Positions 38,531-46,382 of a DNA stretch of 64,000 bases are shown here, piece after piece. The DNA lies in NCBI GenBank assembly GCA_963702025.1, contig OY969699.1, positions 832,001-896,000 of the forward strand. Direction: 5' to 3'. This DNA comes from an uncultured bacterium (lineage in GTDB: Bacteria; Babelota; Babeliae; Babelales; Vermiphilaceae). Made by a program: the position numbers and the translations under genes. The notes beneath the pieces are model-generated. The model worked only from the letters and a program-made list of their open reading frames with translations, did not search any database and was not told where the DNA came from. How positions within the stretch are numbered: position 1 is the first letter of the stretch; each line of letters starts with the position of its first letter.

Positions 38531-38830
38531 AGATTTCATATAGAAAAAGTTATCTGCATTTGGACCAAAACATCTTTCATTAAGAATTGTACAATTGGCA
38601 ATATTTTATGGCATAAAAAATTCATTTAGAATTTTGAATGCAATTTTTTTATTACAATATGGAAATCTACCAAATGATAAATCTGCCCTATAAAAAACGC
38701 ATTTTGAACCTGCAAAAGACTCTTTAAAACAATGTTTTGCATGGCTATTTTAACGCCTTTTAAAAGAGCCTGCGGTCTCCTTTTTTTCTTTTGTAAATAA
38801 ACCTACATCATTTGGATGAAAATTTATTGT

Positions 38831-38858
38831 TTGACATTTTTGTTTAAAGATTTACACT
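38831..38858 (+). promoter_or_regulatory. sigma70-type promoter
   Basis: TTGACA-N16-TACACT upstream of the folC-like gene. Confidence 0.55.
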
Positions 38859-38914
38859 TAAAATAAGATTAAAAATTGCTGAGTGAGTAAAAGCAAAAAC
38901 TCTGTATTCTAACC

Positions 38915-40336
38915 ATGGAGAATAATATGAAAACGAATACAAACAAACAGCTGGGGTCCAAAGAGACAGCAGCGCTTTCAAAACAGCGCAGCTATAATGA
39001 GGTTATCGAGTTTCTTGATGCTCATTGGCAAACCAATAAGCAGGACAAGAATCTTTCAGTAATGAAAAAGCTCGATCAAGCTCTGGGCAACCCCTCTCAA
39101 AAAACAACTACCGTGCTTGTTGCCGGTACAAATGGTAAAAGTCTTACCATTAACTTTACTGCGCAATTATTGCGGGAAGAAGGTCTAAAAGTAGGTTCTT
39201 TCTATGCTCCTCATATCCTCACCTACAACGAGCGCCTTTCAATTAACAATGAAACTATTGCCAACAAAACCTTTACCGAAATCGGTAATGATGTCATCAA
39301 TACGGCTGAATCCTTAGGAATCACTCCAAATTCCTTTGAAGTTCTCACCATGATGGCACTTATCTATTTTAAAAATAATAATGTCGATATCGCATTGCTT
39401 GAAGTAAGCGAAGGCGGCACCAGTAACGCAACAAATATTTGTAACCCAAAAATCGTTGCAATTACTCGTGTGATCACTCCTGATGAAGCAGCAATAAAAG
39501 AAGCGATCGTTGATATTTTAGGCATTGTAAAAGCAAATACCTATGTTGTTTCAGCCGATCAAAGCAAATTAAATCTTCAAGTAATGCAAGAATTGGTTAA
39601 AGAAAAAGGCGGTATTTGGTCAATGCCAATCCGTAAACTTTCTGCGTTACCCTATCCCTTTGAACAATTACATGGACGCTGCGCAGCGCTCGCTGAACGT
39701 ATATCCCATACGTTTGTGAATGGCTTTACCAATAGTGATGCAGTAGTTGCCAACACATTACTCAGCAAACAAAAAGGTCCTCGCGGCAGGCCAACTCTCC
39801 ATGAAGTAAAACGTCGCGCTGAAAATCCTAAGAAAACAGTTGAACAATTCTGGAAAGAAACCACCAATTCACTCCCTGCTCGTTTCCAACTTCTTGATAA
39901 AGAAAAACCGAGCGTGCTCCTTGATAACGCAAGCAATCTGGATGCATTTAAGAACCTCTTATTGGGTATCCGCTTGCTCCATTACCAAAAACCTCTCAAA
40001 GGCATAACTTTAGTACTTGGCTGCAACAATCAAGAACTCGATCTTTCAGAGTTCCTGAAATTGCTCCGTTACTTCTTTAAAAAGACATCGGGTCAAGTTA
40101 TCGTGTGCCCTGTTTCAGAAATTCCGGGTCAAAATGAGGGATCTTCTTGGGATGTTGAACAAGCAACCAATGATATTAAAAGCATGAAAATAAAAGCACG
40201 TTCAGCAAAGAGCTTTAAAGAAGCTTTTGAAGCGGCACAAAAAACGGTCGATGAAAGAAATGGCCTGGTTATTGTGACCGGTTCATCCGCTATTGTTTCT
40301 GATTATTGGCATTTTAAGGGTATTAAAAAACTCTAA
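38915..40336 (+). CDS. FolC-like Mur-ligase-fold protein (divergent)
   Basis: LGNP, VAGTNGKS, PHILTYNERLSIN, FEVLT..A..YF, EV..GG..ATN, PARFQ, LLDNASN, VTGS. Confidence 0.75.
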   Translation: MENNMKTNTNKQLGSKETAALSKQRSYNEVIEFLDAHWQTNKQDKNLSVMKKLDQALGNPSQKTTTVLVAGTNGKSLTINFTAQLLREEGLKVGSFYAPHILTYNERLSINNETIANKTFTEIGNDVINTAESLGITPNSFEVLTMMALIYFKNNNVDIALLEVSEGGTSNATNICNPKIVAITRVITPDEAAIKEAIVDILGIVKANTYVVSADQSKLNLQVMQELVKEKGGIWSMPIRKLSALPYPFEQLHGRCAALAERISHTFVNGFTNSDAVVANTLLSKQKGPRGRPTLHEVKRRAENPKKTVEQFWKETTNSLPARFQLLDKEKPSVLLDNASNLDAFKNLLLGIRLLHYQKPLKGITLVLGCNNQELDLSEFLKLLRYFFKKTSGQVIVCPVSEIPGQNEGSSWDVEQATNDIKSMKIKARSAKSFKEAFEAAQKTVDERNGLVIVTGSSAIVSDYWHFKGIKKL

Positions 40337-40347
40337 CAACGTAAAAC

Positions 40348-40427
40348 CCGTTCGCCTCGATAGAGCCCTCGAAGAGGGCGAGTGGAGAGGTCTCCATTCG
40401 TGCTTCGCACTCCATCGACCCGAACGG
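40348..40427. repeat. REP-like multi-hairpin
   Basis: ccgttcg ... cgaacgg outer stem with inner gccctcgaagagggc and gtgcttcgcac hairpins. Confidence 0.65.
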
Positions 40428-40443
40428 ACTAGAACTGCAAACT

Positions 40444-40728
40444 ATGACAATAACAACGATAGTGTTATCGCTCATCGCCGGCACTCTTGTCGGATATATT
40501 TATGGACTCCTCTTCTTGCAAACAAGACGAGGGGTCCCCTCACTTTTAAGCCATATTTTTTTTAGTTTCCTTAGATTTGCGCTGCTTTTGTGCGTTGGCG
40601 GCTACTTATTATTACTGCCTTCCATTCATCCCATAATCCTGGTACTCTCATTCTTGACAACGTTTTGGACGACAGTTCTCATGAATAAGGTACCGTTCAA
40701 TGAAAGACATAGAACTTCTTGGTGGTAA
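40444..40728 (+). CDS. atpI: ATP synthase protein I-like
   Basis: Small hydrophobic ORF (SFLRF motif) overlapping the atpB start. Confidence 0.6.
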   Translation: MTITTIVLSLIAGTLVGYIYGLLFLQTRRGVPSLLSHIFFSFLRFALLLCVGGYLLLLPSIHPIILVLSFLTTFWTTVLMNKVPFNERHRTSWW

Positions 40729-41446
40729 ACAATGGCAGCCACTGCGGCAGTTTGGCATTTCCCATCCTTTTTTTGCAATAGATAAATCCACTGTTATTAA
40801 TACCTGGATCACCCTCGGTGCATTATTCATCTTAATTATTCTTGCTCGATTTTTCTTACGCCGCCGACTCAGCACCGGCCGCTACATCGTGCTCAGCTAT
40901 GTTCGTTCATTTATTGATCTGGTTTCTCAATCATTGGGCTATTTTTCGTATAACCATTCTGTTTTTGTAGTTGCACTGTTTACATTCATTATTCTGTGCA
41001 ATTGCATTGCGATCCTGCCATGGGTAGAAGAGCCAACCAAAGAATTGAACACCACCTTTGCATTAGGTTTGATAGCCTTTTTTTATATTCAAATATACGC
41101 AATCAAAGCCCATGGTTTTTTTGGGTATCTTAAAGAATATTTTACTCCCTTTTTCTTCATGTTCCCGCTTCACGTTATAGGCAAAATATCAACTATTATT
41201 TCTATGTCATTCCGCTTATTCGGTAATATTTTTGGAAGCGCTACCATTATGCATATCTATCAAGCATTATTAGCCGGCTCACCATGGTTTCAAATCTTTG
41301 GTCTTCTGAGCGGTTTGAATATACTGATGGTAAGTTTTTTTATTATCTTTGAGGGGTGCCTCCAAGCATTTGTATTCACTATGCTAACGGTTACCTACCT
41401 GGCAATTGCCTTAGCTCATGATGATCAGATCGGAGAAATGACATGA
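40700..41446 (+). CDS. atpB: F0F1 ATP synthase subunit a
   Basis: PTKELNTTFAL, SMSFRLFGNIFG (essential Arg), LQAFVFTMLTVTY. Confidence 0.93.
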   Translation: MKDIELLGGKQWQPLRQFGISHPFFAIDKSTVINTWITLGALFILIILARFFLRRRLSTGRYIVLSYVRSFIDLVSQSLGYFSYNHSVFVVALFTFIILCNCIAILPWVEEPTKELNTTFALGLIAFFYIQIYAIKAHGFFGYLKEYFTPFFFMFPLHVIGKISTIISMSFRLFGNIFGSATIMHIYQALLAGSPWFQIFGLLSGLNILMVSFFIIFEGCLQAFVFTMLTVTYLAIALAHDDQIGEMT

Positions 41447-42396
41447 TCATACAAACTATGAATTACCTGGTCTCCACCCTCATTATTACTATAAGCGCCA
41501 TCGGAGTTGGTATTAGCCAAGGATTAACCAACCGAGCAGCTTTTAAAGCAATTGACATGCAGCCGCAATCCCGGGATGCGGTTACTAAAATTTCATTGCT
41601 CTGCTCCGCACTTATCGAGACGGCAGCAATTTTATGCGTTTTTGTTGCTGTGTTACTGTTTCTAGATACTACAACACCACTCGATGGTTCTTACAGCGAC
41701 ATAGCAAAAATTGGGATTATTTTTGCACTGGCATCCACGGGATTCACCGTAAGCTTTTTTTCATCATGGCCCGCACAAGAAGCCTGCTTGGCAACGGCCC
41801 GCCAACCGTTTATTGCACCATGGATCTTTAATCTCACTCTCATCATGCTTTCAGTAATTCAAACACCTCTTATTCTTGCCTTTATTGTTGCTTTGGGCAT
41901 TAGATCACAAGCAGCAACGGCAATAACTCTTGCTGACGGGCTACGGCTCATTGGCGCCGGGTTTGCCATAGGAATTGGTTCCATTGGCCCAACAATTGGA
42001 TTGGCTCATTTTGCCCGAACATCCTTGCAAAGCATCGCCAGCAATCGTAATGCCGCGGGCCGCATATTGCCATTTACCTTTATCTCGCAAGCAATTATTG
42101 AATCGCCTATTATTTTTGCTATGGTAACCGCTCTTATCCTGTTGTTTTACCCCATAACACTGTTAACCGGCACCGTAGGGTTGCCTCTTTTAGCGGCGGG
42201 TATAGCAGCCGGACTTGGTAATTTTGGGCCCGGCATTAGTTCCGGAAGAACTGCAGCAGCCGCGTGCAAACAGATTGGCATTAATCCCAACGCATATTCC
42301 TTGCTGGCAAATACGAGCATTTTTGCCCAAGGAGTGATAGATACCGCGGCAATCTATGTATTACTCATTTCTGTGTTAATCATTTTTTTTACTTAA
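41443..42396 (+). CDS. atpE: ATP synthase subunit c, four fused hairpins
   Basis: Four c-like units with loops MQPQ, RQPF, SNRN, INPN and sites IETA, IQTP, IESP, IDTA; follows atpB. Confidence 0.85.
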   Translation: MIIQTMNYLVSTLIITISAIGVGISQGLTNRAAFKAIDMQPQSRDAVTKISLLCSALIETAAILCVFVAVLLFLDTTTPLDGSYSDIAKIGIIFALASTGFTVSFFSSWPAQEACLATARQPFIAPWIFNLTLIMLSVIQTPLILAFIVALGIRSQAATAITLADGLRLIGAGFAIGIGSIGPTIGLAHFARTSLQSIASNRNAAGRILPFTFISQAIIESPIIFAMVTALILLFYPITLLTGTVGLPLLAAGIAAGLGNFGPGISSGRTAAAACKQIGINPNAYSLLANTSIFAQGVIDTAAIYVLLISVLIIFFT

Positions 42397-42625
42397 TGCT
42401 AATTCGAGCTAAAAAACTAAAGAACAAATTGAGAAAAACCGCTCGTGGTGAGTGCAGCCGCAGGCTGCGTATCGAACCATAAAAAAATAAATTGAAAAAT
42501 ACATTAATTTTAACGGCCGCATGGATTCGATACACTCGCTTCGCTCGTTACTCACCACGAGCGGCTTAACATAGTTTCTTCTGCTGGAGTATCTTTTTTT
42601 AAATTCTTAGTTCGAGCTCACATTA
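42394..42625. mobile_element. MITE-like element, subfamily A
   Basis: Ends taatgctaattcgagctaaaaa / ttcttagttcgagctcacatta; interior ccgctcgtggtgagtgcagccgcaggctgcgtatcgaaccat identical to the 33156 element. Confidence 0.8.
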
Positions 42626-43102
42626 CTTGCTAACTGTTGGCCTAATATATGCAATAGCGGTTTTCATTTTTTCTATTTTTTGCTTGAGAATGATATCTGA
42701 TTGGTCATCTTTTTCTTCCACATAGGTGATCACATCCTCAGAGGTTTTTATAAATTGCCCCACGCTGTCCTTTAAATTTGTCAGATCAATTATTTGTCTC
42801 ATAAAATGGGTATTAGTCAGCAAAATAAGATCTGCCTGAAGATCCTGATAAAGATATGAAGTATTAAGTTGTTCTTCAGATTCTTTCAGCTTTTTTTCGT
42901 AGTCTTTTTTAAGGGATTGCACCATCTCTTCAGATTCTTTCAACTTTTTTTCATAATCTTTTTTAAGGGATTGCACTACCTCTTCGGAGTACAAAATAGG
43001 CATTTTTAGTGACCATTCTTCTTTTTTAAGCAACTCCATGGGGTAAAAATAGATCGAAAAGCTGAGAAATGAAGACAAAAATAAGGTACAATTTCTTTTC
43101 AT
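42623..43102 (-). CDS. secreted coiled-coil hypothetical protein with 18-aa tandem repeat
   Basis: AGGAG RBS before ATG 43102; signal peptide followed by MEL; SEE(V/M)VQSLKKDYEKKLKE x2. Confidence 0.65.
   Translation of the reverse strand: MKRNCTLFLSSFLSFSIYFYPMELLKKEEWSLKMPILYSEEVVQSLKKDYEKKLKESEEMVQSLKKDYEKKLKESEEQLNTSYLYQDLQADLILLTNTHFMRQIIDLTNLKDSVGQFIKTSEDVITYVEEKDDQSDIILKQKIEKMKTAIAYIRPTVSK
42873..42988. repeat. 54-bp in-frame tandem repeat (about 2.1 copies)
   Basis: tcttcagattctttca... at 42873 and 42927, partial at 42981. Confidence 0.85.
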
Positions 43103-43272
43103 TTTTCTCCTGGCCAATTTTTACGATTTAGAGTATAGTAGGGAAAGAGCTCATAAGAAAATAAAAATCTCACGATTCTCCAATCTTCAACGTATAGATG
43201 CAATACCCAACATTTTTATACAGCTCTTTATAGTTGTACCTCATAAACATTTTTCTTATAAAGTACGTATCA

Positions 43273-44574
43273 ATGAAAGAACAAAAAATATCGCTTTCGA
43301 CCGCTATCTTGCTCAATATGAATATAATGATCGGATCAGGAGTTCTCATCGGACCTGGTGCGTCAGCTGCCATTTCAGGCAATGCCAGTTTTTTAGCATG
43401 GCCGTTAGTGGCACTGTTGTTCTTACCCATTGTGCTTTGTACTATAGAATTAAGTAAACTTTTTCCGGGAGCCGGAGGCTTTTACCTCTATGCCAAAGAG
43501 GGGCTCAATAAAACAGCCGGTTTTGTAAGCGGTTGGCTCTACATTGTGGGTTACACCTTTGCAGCAACCGTTGAAACATTAGCCTTGCGCAACATTGTTC
43601 TCACCACCATAGGGCACAATGTTATTACGAGTAATGCTGTTATTTTTAATGGGCTCCTTATTGCCGCTGTTATCGCGTTTAACCTATTGAGCCTTAAAGT
43701 GGTAGGGAATTTCCTGAATTCCTTAACCATAGTAAAAATTTTACCGCTCTTGATTTTAATCGTGCTTCTGCCGTTTATTTTTAACCCAAGTTTTTGTATA
43801 ACAAGCACAGAACTATCATTGTTGCCGGCCTCATTGGCATTGCCAATTTTCGGCTACTTTGGTTTTGAGGCATGTGTTGGCATAAGTCATTTGATTAAAG
43901 ATAGCGAGAAGAATGCTCCGCGCGCGATTTTAATTGGTTTTTTAGGAACGGGCCTTTTATATATGCTCTTCCATTTTGGACTACTCAACCTTATGGGCGC
44001 TGAAAATCTTGCAAAACTCAATGCACCCGCATTTGCAGATTTTATTAATTTGCCGATTCCGTATCTTAAATCATTGCTCAAGATTCTGATTCCAACGGCA
44101 TCGGTTCTTATTTTTCTTGCCAGCTTGATTGCTATGATCAATTCAAATGCAATTCTTTTACAATCAATGGCGCAAGAGAAACTCCTTAAAGGATGCTCAT
44201 TTTTAACTTGGACCAATGCCTTACATCGCCCATGGGCAGCATTGGTTTTACAAGGAATTTTAGTCTTTTCAATCGCTACACTTATTCCAAGTTTAGCGTT
44301 AGTGGGTGGACTTACTATTTTGAGCGTGTTCTTATCTTTCTTGCTGCCATTTGTTTCATTACTCGTGGTTCAACTGCACAGAAAGAATACTAAAAAAGTT
44401 GTTCTCGCGATTATCGGGCTCATTATGGCCATTTTATTCAGCATCTACAGTTGGTATATTTTGAGTAATAACCCTGACTTTCATGCCGCCATGATTGAAC
44501 GGTTAACCTACACGGCAGTTTTAATGGCCGCTTTCATCGTTGGAATGCTTCTTTTTAATAGAAAAGATAAATAA
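43273..44574 (+). CDS. APC family amino-acid permease
   Basis: MIGSGVLIGP, PGAGGFYLY, GFVSGW, YFGFEAC, NAPRAI; about 12 TM. Confidence 0.9.
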   Translation: MKEQKISLSTAILLNMNIMIGSGVLIGPGASAAISGNASFLAWPLVALLFLPIVLCTIELSKLFPGAGGFYLYAKEGLNKTAGFVSGWLYIVGYTFAATVETLALRNIVLTTIGHNVITSNAVIFNGLLIAAVIAFNLLSLKVVGNFLNSLTIVKILPLLILIVLLPFIFNPSFCITSTELSLLPASLALPIFGYFGFEACVGISHLIKDSEKNAPRAILIGFLGTGLLYMLFHFGLLNLMGAENLAKLNAPAFADFINLPIPYLKSLLKILIPTASVLIFLASLIAMINSNAILLQSMAQEKLLKGCSFLTWTNALHRPWAALVLQGILVFSIATLIPSLALVGGLTILSVFLSFLLPFVSLLVVQLHRKNTKKVVLAIIGLIMAILFSIYSWYILSNNPDFHAAMIERLTYTAVLMAAFIVGMLLFNRKDK

Positions 44575-44598
44575 TTCACAGCGAATAGCTAGTTATTA

Positions 44599-44670
44599 AA
44601 CATGGTTCGACAAGCTCAGGACGAACGGAGCGTGGAGAATCCGTTCGTGGTGAGCTTGTCGAACCATGTT
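44599..44670. repeat. REP-like near-perfect palindrome
   Basis: aacatggttcgacaagctcaggacgaacgga ... tccgttcgtggtgagcttgtcgaaccatgtt. Confidence 0.85.
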
Positions 44671-44745
44671 CATCAGCCTTGCAATTTATGAATAACTTAT
44701 TTTATGGTGAAACAAATCTAACAATACCAAAATTTAAGGAGAACT

Positions 44746-45519
44746 ATGAATATAAAATATATGCGCCTGATTGCATTTTTGGCTTTCTACTCTCTCCAAT
44801 TACCGGCACAAACAATAATCGGTATAATCAACGATAAACAGATAACAGAAGAGCAAAAAGCCCAAGAAATTCAAAAGCTGATTAAAAATGGAACAAAAGT
44901 TGATCAAATAAGTGACCAAATTTTACACCCTTCTGCGCTCATGCTTGCGGCTAATTTAGGATATGCCAAAATAGTAAAGACGCTACTCGATAATAATGCT
45001 AATGTTAATCTTCTTGATGATATCGGTGCTTCAGCTCTCTTTTATGCAGCACGCAAAGGATATCTAGAAATAGTAAAACTATTACTTTCAAAAGGTGCAA
45101 ATATAAATCTGATCACCAAACAGGGTAACAATATTCTTTTGGAAATCCTCAAAGGATATGGTGCAAATCAAGCTGAAGCAAAACAGAATAAAGACCAATT
45201 CAAAAAAAATATTTACGATATTATTGTTTTACTGGTGCAAAACGGCGCAAATATCAATGCACAAGGAGCCGCTGCTGAATTAGCCAAAACACCAATAATG
45301 TGGGCAGCCGATTGGAATAATTGGGACTTGATTAAATTCTTTATTAGCAAAAAGGCAAACCTCTGTTTAAAAGATCAAAATGGTAAAACTCTCGAAGCCC
45401 ATTTGCCTGATGCTAAAGATAAAAGATTAACAAAAGAAGAGAGCAATTTTGTTGAATGGGTAAAAAATGTTGTCCAACAAGGCAAAATCGATTGTGATTG
45501 GGTAGAAGTCAATCGATAA
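44746..45519 (+). CDS. secreted ankyrin-repeat protein
   Basis: SALMLAA.LG...LLDNNANVN, SALFYAARKG..LLSKGANIN, TPIMWAA. Confidence 0.88.
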   Translation: MNIKYMRLIAFLAFYSLQLPAQTIIGIINDKQITEEQKAQEIQKLIKNGTKVDQISDQILHPSALMLAANLGYAKIVKTLLDNNANVNLLDDIGASALFYAARKGYLEIVKLLLSKGANINLITKQGNNILLEILKGYGANQAEAKQNKDQFKKNIYDIIVLLVQNGANINAQGAAAELAKTPIMWAADWNNWDLIKFFISKKANLCLKDQNGKTLEAHLPDAKDKRLTKEESNFVEWVKNVVQQGKIDCDWVEVNR

Positions 45520-45570
45520 TTTTTGATCAAGACCTAAAATTATATTTCATCTAAAAAAAGGAGAACCATA

Positions 45571-46008
45571 ATGCTTTGCCAAATTCCTGATCGCACACAG
45601 CTTGGGATTTTTATTGTTCGCATAATGCTCGGTATAATTTTTATTGCTCACGGGTGTCAAAAAGTTCTCGGGCTTTTTGGTGGCCCGGGCTTGGAAGGCT
45701 TTGCGCAATGGTCAGCGACTATGAATATACCAGCGTATCTTGCCTATCTGGGCGCCTTTTGTGAATTGATTGGTGGCATTATGCTCTTTTTAGGAATTGC
45801 TACAGAGTTGGGCGCTCTAATAATAATTCCGGTTATGCTCGGTGCCGTTTGGTTTGTTCACTGGAACCATGGTTTTTTTGCGCAAAATGGTGGCTTTGAA
45901 TATCCGTTGAGCCTTGCAATCTTTCTTTTAGCAATCGTTATTGGCGGGCCGGGAAAATGGTATTTGTGGTGCCCATGCCATGCTCTTGGTTGCACATGCA
46001 AAGAGTAA
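45571..46008 (+). CDS. DoxX family membrane protein
   Basis: RIMLGIIFIAHGCQK, ELIGG, GGFEYP, GPGKW. Confidence 0.9.
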   Translation: MLCQIPDRTQLGIFIVRIMLGIIFIAHGCQKVLGLFGGPGLEGFAQWSATMNIPAYLAYLGAFCELIGGIMLFLGIATELGALIIIPVMLGAVWFVHWNHGFFAQNGGFEYPLSLAIFLLAIVIGGPGKWYLWCPCHALGCTCKE

Positions 46009-46044
46009 AATTATAATTAGGTTACTTACACTAAGTTTCGAACA

Positions 46045-46121
46045 ATGCTTCGACGGGCTCAGCACGAACGGACTCCCCCGATCATCCTGAGTAGAAATCG
46101 TAAGATTTCGTATCGAAGGAT
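46045..46121. repeat. REP-like palindrome pair
   Basis: atgcttcgacgggctcagcacgaacgg ... ccgatcatcctgagtag..gtatcgaaggat. Confidence 0.7.
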
Positions 46122-46382
46122 CAAATTCCCAGATGGCTTACCGTAGTAATCTGGATGAGGCAGTTGTTAGTGATATGAATAATAATCACCAACCGCATCA
46201 TAGAGCATTGCTCGAATTAAGTTCGTGGGTTTCATCATGGTTATCCTATTATGTTGCCTACTCCAAGATTCATGGGCGGCCACCATTTTAATTCTTTTTT
46301 TTCTAGTGATAGAGTTTTCTCTCATAAATCTTGCACACTAAAATAGAAATTATTCTAAGTTTGCCAAGGGGGGAGAACGTCT

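Noticed and set aside
46125..46330. Possible gene relic on the minus strand (ELKWWAAHESWSR...)
   Set aside because: Short, interrupted and without a recognisable family, so it cannot be supported.
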